Assembly: GCA_027491435.1 (NCBI GenBank)
Contig: JAOZFG010000002.1
Coordinates: 1 to 23,918, forward strand
Direction of reading: 5' to 3'
Length of the DNA: 23,918 nt
DNA from: Thermoproteota archaeon
GTDB lineage: Archaea > Korarchaeota > Korarchaeia > Korarchaeales > Korarchaeaceae
The notes under the pieces are model-generated. The model was not told the origin of the DNA, did no database searches, and worked only from the letters and a program-made list of their open reading frames with translations. The translations under genes were made by a program, and so were the position numbers. This document shows positions 1 through 8,393 of this stretch, piece by piece. Every line of letters starts with the position of its first letter. Position 1 is the first letter of the stretch.

Positions 1-193
1 CGAAGAGTATAGGAAGGGCGTTGCTATGACTGCAGGGGTCCGCTCTCTGGTGGAGTTGAGGCTCTCTTTCAGTTACATATGACATCAGCGGCCCCCTGCT
101 TATAACAAGCCTTAAGTTGACAGCACCCTAGGCGAGGGTCCTAATGAAGTTCCCCTTCGTCAGAAATGCATTATAATATTTATGAACGGCCGA

Positions 194-592
194 TCACCAC
201 CCTATGGGCTTTACTCCCTCTGCCCACGCTACTCTCGCCTGTTCTGAGTCCAAGGTCAGGAGAGGCAGGGCCTCTTTAATTGATAGGGCTATGTATACGG
301 AATCGTATACCGTTATTTTGTGTTTGAGTGAGATCTCGAAGGCTTTATCTAAATACCAAGCCTGAGGTTTTAAAATCACGTTATACTGGATGAATTCCTT
401 CAAAAGAGAGAAAGAGTCCCTGGCATTCTCCTCGGAGATCCTACCTGAGAGGTGTGCAGCCCAAATGGCGTTGGCTACCTCCTTATGGAGCAGATCGACC
501 GATATGAAGAGGTCCGAGACGTCAAGCAGGCTCTCCCATCCTTCCTCCTTCAGTATTATGGCGGTCAAGGCCGAGGCGTCAATGACTATCAC
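194..592 (-). CDS. vapC: Type II toxin-antitoxin VapC toxin (PIN-domain RNase)
   Basis: N-terminal IVIDASAL, conserved E (HKEVANA), then ITVYDSVYIAL and LLTLD: the PIN acidic residues. Overlaps the upstream small gene. Confidence 0.9.
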   Translation of the reverse strand: MIVIDASALTAIILKEEGWESLLDVSDLFISVDLLHKEVANAIWAAHLSGRISEENARDSFSLLKEFIQYNVILKPQAWYLDKAFEISLKHKITVYDSVYIALSIKEALPLLTLDSEQARVAWAEGVKPIGW

Positions 593-812
593 GGTCCTTC
601 CTCACTAGCCTTGTGGAAGACCCCCTCTGGAGGGACCAAGGGGCTCTTCTCAACTTTTCCCTTATTCTCTCCTTACTTTCCTTGGCCTCTAACTCCTTTA
701 TCTTCAGTTCAACGAATTTTCTCAGCTCCTCGGACCAGTTAACTCTGTCCTTAAACGCCTCCATCTTTTTCTTCAAATCCCTTCTTACCTTAAATGACAC
801 TACTTCAGACAC
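579..812 (-). CDS. vapB: VapB-type antitoxin (ribbon-helix-helix/CopG-like)
   Basis: 77 aa with VVSFKV strand followed by VNWSEELRKFV helix. Ends in LVRKDRDSH, typical of archaeal VapB. Overlaps vapC by 14 nt. Confidence 0.85.
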   Translation of the reverse strand: MSEVVSFKVRRDLKKKMEAFKDRVNWSEELRKFVELKIKELEAKESKERIREKLRRAPWSLQRGSSTRLVRKDRDSH

Positions 813-820
813 AAAACTTC

Positions 821-857
821 ATACCTAAACGTAATATTTAAGGTTTACTGTAGGTAT
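821..857 (-). promoter_or_regulatory. vapBC promoter (TATA box) bracketed by a 7-bp inverted repeat, candidate autorepression operator
   Basis: CTTAAATA on the minus strand (835-842) lies 22 nt before the GTG at 812. ATACCTA (821-827) and TAGGTAT (851-857) are a perfect inverted pair flanking it. Confidence 0.5.
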
Positions 858-2341
858 TACCCAGCTAGAAGGCCCCGAAAGCGTCCCTCAACACAATCTC
901 TACGAGAGCTCTTCTCGTAGGACCCTCCTTCTCTGATAGGCCTTTAGCATTGAAAGGATCGCCTTATCCATCCATCTCCCCGACGGTTCGATGTGACAAA
1001 AGAGAAGTCCATGTCCACGCTTATACGCGGGAGACAGCTCAGTTAATTCCCACATCACTTCACTTCTATTCCCTTCCTCACTTAAGGTACCAACACTCCT
1101 CTTCAGGCCTCAGTAGATTTATCCAGACGGGAGCGTCCCACACCCACTACCACAATACTAACAAACTTAGATCCCTGATTGGGGGACCTCACGTGACATC
1201 ACAATTATGTCCATATTTCTAGACGGAATATCCGCCCTTCAGCAACCGAGCGAACAGGCAGGCCCTACTTCCCCAAATATATCTCCTCCACAACCTCTTC
1301 GATAGCTTTAGCTGTTTTATGGGGCCCTCTTGTACTTTATCTCCCTTCCAGGGTCTATTAAATGCTCAAACTACTTCCTCGCCAGCTCTAATGGGGAGAG
1401 TTAAGTCCATCATACTCATCACTTCCTCCTGAGAATTCAGCGGGAGATATCTAGAGGCCATGTAGAGTTTTCCAAATTCGACAGGTTGTTTATACTCTCC
1501 CAGACTGCTGACAACAAGGAGTTTAACGAGAATATAGGGGTATACCCCACCCAGCCGGTTAGCTTGAGGAGCGTTAAGCCACCTGTTAATCTACAGGAAT
1601 CAAGCGGGCTCAGGAGGGGGGTAGTGATGGCTCTTCTGATACTTTGGTGGCCGATCCTCACTACCAAGCGGTCCAGAGCATCTATTGGCCATCCTGTACA
1701 CTGAGATAAGCGACACAGACAAGAGACCCTCCCTGGCTGGTGGGGCCTGTACGCTAGTACACTACGTTTATTTCAAACTACCCCCAAGTGTGTAGATTAC
1801 AGGGAGATGTTTTAACGCAAGAATCGAGAGCGACGACCTCCCTACTCAGGCCTTCAACGAATTTCTGAACGGAATTAAGGTACCTGAGCCCAGATGCCGT
1901 CGATAGAGGGCTGAACCTTCCTCTTTTTGAAGGTGTCATCGCGAATTGCAGATTAAGTTCAGTTAGTAACTACAATCTCTCTTATCGCTTCACACTCAGT
2001 TGTTTCCTACCCGTCCTCATTACTCGCGCTCATCATAAGCTTCACCTACGTGGACTACAGCTTCCAGTGGATTTGAGTCGAAAAACTACGTGAAGATGGT
2101 AGCGATAGCGGGGCAAAAACTCTCCTAAGAGGGCTGTATGGGAAGATTCAGGTAATCCGCGACTGGGAGAGCGGTATCGATCAGGATTGGATGGTCAAAG
2201 GGAAAGCTAAGCCCCTCATCAAATTTTTCACCCCCTCGCTGTGAGGGTAAGAGATGGAACCTAAAACTTAAGGCGGGGAAGACAGCTCGTGAATAGGTCA
2301 GCATGCGGGAGGGAATGGGTTCAAGATCTCAGGAGGTTCGA

Positions 2342-3116
2342 ATGCTCGGTGAAAACTACAAGGTCCTTGCAATTATAGAGACAGCAGTCTTTGAGGCAAC
2401 CTTCTTCCTCGTTGCTTAGTACCTGTCGGCCCACTACGGCTATGATGGCTGTCCAAGGTTGCAATGATCCTCCTCTCATTCTTGGGGATAGCGATCCATA
2501 GGGCAACTAGGAACTATGGGTTCTCAGTGAGAAATCTGCGGATGGACCTTAAGTGGAGCATCTACGTGCTCTTAATTATGTTCGGCCTCGGTGGGATCAT
2601 CTCTTGCCTGTGCATTATCCTCGGGCTGGGTGGGTGGGATAGGTCGGGACTGGTAGTCGAACCCTTCAGTATCTGGTGATAGTCGGCGGGTTCGCTGAGG
2701 GGCTGTTCTTCAGGGGCTACGTTCAGTCTGGACTCAACGAGGTGTTCACACGAGGGTACAACAGCCTGCTTGGATTTAGGTGTATCTGGCATCAGGGAAC
2801 TCTCATAACAGCTACTTCTACTTCGGCCTGCCCACATACTGACGGGCATCAACCCATTTACGGGAAAGTTCGGGGTAAGCCCGAGAACCCTCTTGATGAC
2901 AGCGTCCGCCTGCTCCCTCAGGCTGATCTTCGATGTCACGCGGGAGAAACGGAAAACATAATCTTACCTACCGTGGCCCACTTTAGCGTTACGTACTCGA
3001 CGCTCTCCCTATTTCCAGCTATAGCAGGAGGTTTCGCTGCAATTATCGCCCCAATGGTTGCGCTATTCGCCTTCTTCCTGAAACCCTTCCAGGATTTCCT
3101 GGACGAGGAGTTCTAG
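2342..3116 (+). pseudogene. CPBP (CAAX/Abi) intramembrane metalloprotease pseudogene
   Basis: AGGAGG precedes ATG 2342. Hydrophobic segments are spread over several frames with an in-frame TAG near 2417 and several frameshifts. The motifs GFAEGLFFRG, FGLxH (shifted frame) and NIILPTVAH are recoverable. Confidence 0.75.
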
Positions 3117-3149
3117 CGCCTAGACGGGGTAGGGTCGTATTTTAACCCT

Positions 3150-3285
3150 TGGGACGAATTCCTCCTAAAGTTGGCTGAGCTTTACAGGAGTGAGAAGGTC
3201 AAAAAAAGCCCTCAAGGAGTTGAGGGAAATAGCCTCTGATCTGGACTACGAGGAGGTGAGGCTGAAGTTAAGGTTAAGGGAGTGA
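3150..3285 (+). pseudogene. VapB-like antitoxin remnant (5'-truncated, frameshifted)
   Basis: Reads WDEFLLKLAELYRSEKVKK, then after a shift in the A7 run LKELREIASDLDYEEVRLKLRLRE*. The stop overlaps the next ATG (TGATG). No start found. Confidence 0.55.
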
Positions 3286-3625
3286 TGCTGGACACGGACG
3301 TCTTCATAGAGGTTGGCAAGGGAAGGGAGGAGCTCCCGGACCTCCTCTGCTTCATAACCAGTCATAACCCTATATGAGTTCGTCAGGGGCGAAGTTGGCC
3401 CGACCAGGGCAAAAGAGCTGGTTGAGGAGATGTGCATAGTGCTTCCCTTAAGCAATGGGGTCGTTAAGAGGGCCTCCATCATCTGGAGGGAGTTGAGGGG
3501 GCCGGCCAGCTCATGGACGAGGGGGACCTCTTGAGGGGTTACCTCCATAGAGGCCGTCCCCCTGTGGGACTAGTAACAGAAAGCACTTCCCCAGGCTAGA
3601 GGAGTACGGGCTGTTCTGGCCTTGA
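3285..3625 (+). pseudogene. VapC PIN toxin pseudogene
   Basis: MLDTDVFIE, VITLYEFVRG, RASIIWREL, MDEGDLL and TSNRKHFPRLEEYGL are PIN motifs distributed over different frames. Confidence 0.75.
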
Positions 3626-3801
3626 CTCTTTCACGAGAACTAGAGATAAAGGTGAAGGAGTCACTAAGTCTCCCACCACAATGTGTTCTAGAGTGATCAC
3701 TTTAAATTTATAAGATATAACTTCATATTCCGCCTAAAATTTTAAGAATTAGAGCGTAAACTCGAAGGGAGGACTTAGCACTAATGGCTCAACGTTCTCA
3801 G

Positions 3802-3814
3802 GAAACTTTTTATC
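3802..3814 (+). promoter_or_regulatory. BRE/TATA promoter of the surface protein gene (leaderless)
   Basis: GAAAC followed by TTTTTATC (3807-3814), ending 21 nt before ATG 3836. Confidence 0.6.
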
Positions 3815-3835
3815 ATACAAGGGGTAAGTTCCCCA

Positions 3836-6800
3836 ATGCATAAAAATAGGTTAATATTTTACTTCATATTGGCCTTAACTCTCTCCCCCTACCTCTTCAA
3901 GCTCATACCAGCGAGAGGAGACCTCGCCTCGCCTTCCTGGTGGGACCCCGATGGGGTCTCTAAAGGTCACGATTGGCACTATAGGGTTCCCGTCCACGTC
4001 CCCTACGGATCCCCCGGGGACTCAGTTAAGGTGGCCGTGGACTTCGGCTCCCTCCTCTCCGAGCTGGGGGTGTCTGGGACCTTCGACCCTAACTCAGTTA
4101 GAGTGGTCTCCCCAGGGGGGTTGGTCTCATCGCAGAAGTTCGACGACGAGCACTACATGGGAGGCGCTGATGAAGTAGGTAACGCTAGGGGAGACGTAAG
4201 CTTCATTCTAGAGGACGCAGCTCCCGTCACCTACTACATATACTTCGACATCGAGGAGAACGGGGTGAAGCCCGCTCCCTCATTCCCGGAGCCAGCCCCA
4301 ACTAACTTAGTGGGGGACGGCGACTTCGAGGGAAGCCCTCCTGGGACTGAAGATCCACCCCCTTGGGAGGGGGGAGGGGTGGATCACCCCCTAGCCGCTC
4401 ACTTCGTGGTAAGCGGGAGCGATCCCCACCTGGGGGGAAGCGTTGCCTACTCCGGATCTCAGTCCTACAAGATAGGGTGGGACTACTCCGGCTCCGGACC
4501 TAGTGAAGCCAGCAACACCATGGGAGGTTACGTTTATCAGGACGTGACCTTGCCCCCAGGGGGAGCGACCTTAACCTTCTGTAGGAGGATGGTGTCCTAC
4601 GATTACGCCAACTACGACAGGTTCAGGGCTCAGATAAGGAGCACTTCTAACGCTGTGCTTCAAACCCTGGTGGAAGAGACCGCCCCTTCTGGAGGGGCTG
4701 GCTGGAAGGAGAGGCCCTGGGAGTGTTTCACCTTTGACCTCTCAGCCTACGCCGGGCAGACCGTCAGGATTTACTTTGAGGCCGGCAACACGGTTGACGC
4801 CTATTACGGCACCTACGTCTACGTGGACGATGTGAAGGTGCTTGCTTGGCTTTCAGCGGAGCTTATGGACCCAGAGGGCTTCGGGCTGGACGTAACATCT
4901 GTCACCAACGCTGCGGACCCGGCACAGCCTTTGAAGTGTGGTGGCACGGCCTTAATAGAAGTGAGGTCTGACGTGGGCCTCTACTTGGACAGCGGTGATG
5001 GGTCTTATCTGGTAGCTGAGGTGAGAGACTCCTCCCACAACCCGGTCACCACGGTCACTTTGAGGGATGACGGCTCTCCGCCCGACGACGTCGCCAACGA
5101 CGGGACCTTCCACGGAACCTTCACGATACCTTCAACGCTCGACGAGGTAGGCGGCACTTGGACGGTGATTGCGTGGCCGGGCAACCCGCCGAACTACGAT
5201 AACGGCTATCACGTCTCAGACAACCTGCAGTTTATTGTCGAGGGACTTGACGCCACCCCAGAAGACATTAGCGTGACGGCTGTAGAGGGCTCCCCAGTTC
5301 AGGTCACTATACACGTGACAAACCTGGGCGTCGAGGGCGCCGATCACGTTAAGCTAAAGATAGATCCAGCTGGAGGGGTTAATCCCTCTTACGTGAGCTT
5401 CTCCTCCAACGACTTCCCCATCGCAGCTGGAGGTTCTGCCGACGTGATCATGACGATAAACGTGCCAGTAGGAGATCCCACTGGCACCTTCACCACTACC
5501 GTGTACGTCTTCGACGACGAGAACCTAGACGACACGCCCAACGACTGCAGGGTTGACTCGCTCTCGATGACCCTGACCGTAGAACCACCGCCAATCTACG
5601 TGACGGCCGATCCCACGTCCACGAGCTCCACAGTTCAGCCTAAGTGTGACCTGGAAGTCACCGAGTACTACTACGTGGTGAGCTTTCAGAATTCGGGCTC
5701 CCTGGATGACGTATATGACATATCTTTAAGGTCAGATCCCGACTGGAACGTCTCAGTGTACTTGGACGTCAACGGGGATGACGCCCTAGGCCTCTCCGAC
5801 TCCGAGCCAGCCAACTTCGCTGACGACGTGCTCATAGCCTACGACTTAGACGGAGACACCACTAACGGCTGGACTTACGTGAACGACGCCTATGACACCT
5901 ACTCTGACGGGATTCCTGACACTGGGACTGTCCCAGCTGGCAGCTCCGTGAAGGTGGTCTTCGTGGTGCACCTGCCAAGGGATGAGGTCACAGCGGGCGA
6001 TAACTACAACTTCAGGTTCAGGGCCTCCTCCTACAACGACTGGCAGACAAACAACCCTGCAGCTCCCTACTACCACGACGACGTGATGCACGCGGACTCC
6101 TTCCTCACCCTAAACATAGGGCCCGTCCCCTGCGGCTTCATAAACCCTGAGTCGGGCTCCTTATCTGTTAGCCCCCTGACTGAAGTTACTGTGAGCTTCG
6201 TTCAGAATTGGGCCAACGCTGCTACCGTGACGGACAGGGGCAACGTTAAGGTGATGGAGAACACTGGCTCCTTCAGAGTCAGCCTCTTCAGGGACGAGGG
6301 CCTGAACGACCCAGTCGGGGCCTTCACCACCTCAGTGAAGAACGGCGATGACGTACTGCTTGCAGAAGATGCCGACGGAGACGGCAACTGGGACGTAGTG
6401 AACCCTGAGCACGACACGGGGGGAGATGGAATACCTGACACGGGAGACCTTACCCCGCACGGCGGGCAGGCGAGGATGGTGTTCCTGATAGACGTCCCCA
6501 GGAGAGCTCCTCCGGGAACCTACCAGCTGGTCTTTAGGGGGTCAAGCAATTTCGACTGGCAGACGAACTACCCAACCTATCCCTACTACGCTGACGAGGT
6601 GTTTCACGACGAGGCCGTGCTCACCCTAACCGTTTTGCCCACAGCTCAGCCAGATCTCTCAATAACCTTACCTAACGGCTCTACTCTCTGGGATGATGTT
6701 TACGATTCCGATGGCGTTGTTCAGCACGCTTCCTTGACTCAGAAGTCATCTGAGAGCACTAGCTATATCATTACTGTGGAGAACGACGGCAATCAGCCAG

Positions 6801-8242
6801 ATAACGTAGTAGTCAGGGTCGTCACCCCCGGGAACGCAGTTAGAACGGTTATTTTCGACGGCCCAACTAACGTGACCGGGGAGGTAACTTCAGCTTTAGG
6901 TTACTCCATCCCCCTCAACCCAGGGGAGAGCAGGGACCTCATAATAACTGTGAAGCCACTGATTCACAGGGACAGAGGCGTGCTCAACTACTACGTTGAG
7001 GCCAAGTCCTCCAACGATCCGTCCAAGGAGGAGAAGGTTAGGGCTAGCATAATAGTACTGGACGACGTTCCCCCAGTGGTAATCCTAGCTTCCCCGGCTG
7101 ACGGCTCAACGGCGGATGAGGGAGACGTGACCTTCGTAGCCTCAGCCCACGACGACACGGGCATCAAAAACGCCACCATAACCGTTTACAGCGGTAAGTC
7201 CATAGTTTACCAAGAGAGCAAAGACCTTAGCGGCCAGGACGTGTTGGTAAACTGGACCTTCAACCTAGAGGAAGGGACCTACCTCTGGTGCGTGACCGCC
7301 TGCGATTCGGCCGAGGGCAGGCAGAACTGCGCAACCTCCACTAACTTCTCCCTAGGGATTGAGGTTCCGGTTCAACCCGTCGGCAGGGTTCCGCCTCGGG
7401 GATTTGAAATGGTTAGCAGGGGGAGAGTACCTCTGAAGGTCTACACCTACTTTTCCCCGCCCAGCGCTGATGTGGGGGAGGAGGTAGAGGTTTACGTCCA
7501 CATAGAGGGAACTACCCCCAGGGGCCAGCTGGTCTACAAGCTTCCATACGGGCTGGAGTACGTCGAAGGTAGCTCGGTGGTGGATGGAGCGAGGGTAGAG
7601 CCCATCAAGAGGGACAGGGAACTGGTTTGGAACGTGGGCCCGAGCAGCAGGGTCGTCAAGTTCAGGGTGAAGGTGCTAAGATCAGCTCACGGAAGCCTTT
7701 GGGGCGAGGCTTCCATATTAGATGCCGTGGGCACCTCCCCCCTGATGATAGGGGGTAAAGAGGTGGAGGTATCGGTGACCCCGCCTACTATGGAGGTCAA
7801 GTCCATTTCGATGAGGGTTAGGGTAACCCCGGCCAAGGTCAGGGTGGGCAGCCCGGTCAAGCTGATAGTGGAGCTTGAAGGAGAAGGGAGGGTTCCCCTT
7901 TCTCTGGAGGTATCCGATGGTCTTCAGCTCACCGGGGGGAATCAGGGAGAGGTGGAGCTCCCAGCGAAGTTGAGCTACGAGATAATACCCTCAAGAGCTG
8001 GCCTTGAACTCGTGAAGATACTGGCAGGCAACGAGACCGTTAGCATACCCTTGCCCGTCATAGGAGGGGGAGTAACGGTGACTAAAACGATCACTAAGAC
8101 AGAGAGGATCACTAAGACAGAGAGCGTCACCTTAACCGTAAAGCCAACTGGAGAAGCTAGCTGGGAGTGGGCAATGCTGGCCGTCATAGTTGTGGTGGTG
8201 TTGCTCTTGTCCCTAGCTGACAGGAGACCTTTCCGTTCATAA
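3836..8242 (+). CDS. Large secreted, C-terminally membrane-anchored multidomain surface/adhesin-like protein (1468 aa)
   Basis: Signal peptide, then a DUF2341-like start (WW..DWHYRVPV..FDPNSVRVV..YYIYFD) and a jelly-roll module (GDFEG..DLSAYAGQTVRIYF..YVDDV). Continues with a choice-of-anchor-X-like LRDDG..DDVANDGTF, Ig-like modules, DxDGDG loops, a Thr-rich linker, and a C-terminal TM helix with basic tail. Domain names are from motif recognition, not a search. Confidence 0.85.
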   Translation: MHKNRLIFYFILALTLSPYLFKLIPARGDLASPSWWDPDGVSKGHDWHYRVPVHVPYGSPGDSVKVAVDFGSLLSELGVSGTFDPNSVRVVSPGGLVSSQKFDDEHYMGGADEVGNARGDVSFILEDAAPVTYYIYFDIEENGVKPAPSFPEPAPTNLVGDGDFEGSPPGTEDPPPWEGGGVDHPLAAHFVVSGSDPHLGGSVAYSGSQSYKIGWDYSGSGPSEASNTMGGYVYQDVTLPPGGATLTFCRRMVSYDYANYDRFRAQIRSTSNAVLQTLVEETAPSGGAGWKERPWECFTFDLSAYAGQTVRIYFEAGNTVDAYYGTYVYVDDVKVLAWLSAELMDPEGFGLDVTSVTNAADPAQPLKCGGTALIEVRSDVGLYLDSGDGSYLVAEVRDSSHNPVTTVTLRDDGSPPDDVANDGTFHGTFTIPSTLDEVGGTWTVIAWPGNPPNYDNGYHVSDNLQFIVEGLDATPEDISVTAVEGSPVQVTIHVTNLGVEGADHVKLKIDPAGGVNPSYVSFSSNDFPIAAGGSADVIMTINVPVGDPTGTFTTTVYVFDDENLDDTPNDCRVDSLSMTLTVEPPPIYVTADPTSTSSTVQPKCDLEVTEYYYVVSFQNSGSLDDVYDISLRSDPDWNVSVYLDVNGDDALGLSDSEPANFADDVLIAYDLDGDTTNGWTYVNDAYDTYSDGIPDTGTVPAGSSVKVVFVVHLPRDEVTAGDNYNFRFRASSYNDWQTNNPAAPYYHDDVMHADSFLTLNIGPVPCGFINPESGSLSVSPLTEVTVSFVQNWANAATVTDRGNVKVMENTGSFRVSLFRDEGLNDPVGAFTTSVKNGDDVLLAEDADGDGNWDVVNPEHDTGGDGIPDTGDLTPHGGQARMVFLIDVPRRAPPGTYQLVFRGSSNFDWQTNYPTYPYYADEVFHDEAVLTLTVLPTAQPDLSITLPNGSTLWDDVYDSDGVVQHASLTQKSSESTSYIITVENDGNQPDNVVVRVVTPGNAVRTVIFDGPTNVTGEVTSALGYSIPLNPGESRDLIITVKPLIHRDRGVLNYYVEAKSSNDPSKEEKVRASIIVLDDVPPVVILASPADGSTADEGDVTFVASAHDDTGIKNATITVYSGKSIVYQESKDLSGQDVLVNWTFNLEEGTYLWCVTACDSAEGRQNCATSTNFSLGIEVPVQPVGRVPPRGFEMVSRGRVPLKVYTYFSPPSADVGEEVEVYVHIEGTTPRGQLVYKLPYGLEYVEGSSVVDGARVEPIKRDRELVWNVGPSSRVVKFRVKVLRSAHGSLWGEASILDAVGTSPLMIGGKEVEVSVTPPTMEVKSISMRVRVTPAKVRVGSPVKLIVELEGEGRVPLSLEVSDGLQLTGGNQGEVELPAKLSYEIIPSRAGLELVKILAGNETVSIPLPVIGGGVTVTKTITKTERITKTESVTLTVKPTGEASWEWAMLAVIVVVVLLLSLADRRPFRS
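5590..6640 (+). repeat. Two tandem ~175-aa internal repeats in the surface protein
   Basis: DDVLIAYDLDGD..DTYSDGIPDTG..FRASSYNDWQTN.P..PYYHDDVMH (from 5822) aligns with DDVLLAEDADGD..DTGGDGIPDTG..FRGSSNFDWQTNYP..PYYADEVFH (from 6347), offset 525 nt. Confidence 0.85.
8089..8124 (+). repeat. Perfect 18-bp tandem duplication in the Thr-rich linker
   Basis: GATCACTAAGACAGAGAG occurs at 8089-8106 and 8107-8124. Confidence 0.9.
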
Positions 8243-8287
8243 GGATTAATGGTTGAAATAAAATCTAATTTCCCCATTATACCTTAC

Positions 8288-8295
8288 TCTTTTTT
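8288..8295 (+). terminator. Possible oligo-T terminator after the surface protein gene
   Basis: TCTTTTTT about 45 nt after the stop codon. Confidence 0.35.
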
Positions 8296-8358
8296 AAGAA
8301 AAATGATAAACTTTGAAGGTTAATGACTCCCCACACGGGGAGTGGAACCCAGCGTGAG

Positions 8359-8372
8359 GAAAAGTTTTTAAG
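8359..8372 (+). promoter_or_regulatory. BRE/TATA promoter of carAB
   Basis: GAAAAG followed by TTTTTAAG (8365-8372), ending 21 nt before ATG 8394. Same geometry as the promoter at 3807. Confidence 0.65.
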
Positions 8373-8393
8373 AGCTCGTGGTGTCACGTGAAG

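Noticed and set aside
2-82. Open frame at the left edge (EEYRKGVAMT..SYI*)
   Set aside because: Too short to tell whether it is the end of a real gene.
940-958. ATTGAAAG resembling a CRISPR repeat 3' end
   Set aside because: Single occurrence with no repeat-spacer periodicity; no array in the window.
950-1704. Short ORFs 950-1222, 1437-1667 and 1486-1704
   Set aside because: No recognisable motifs, atypical composition and no clear promoter or SD; treated as decayed DNA.
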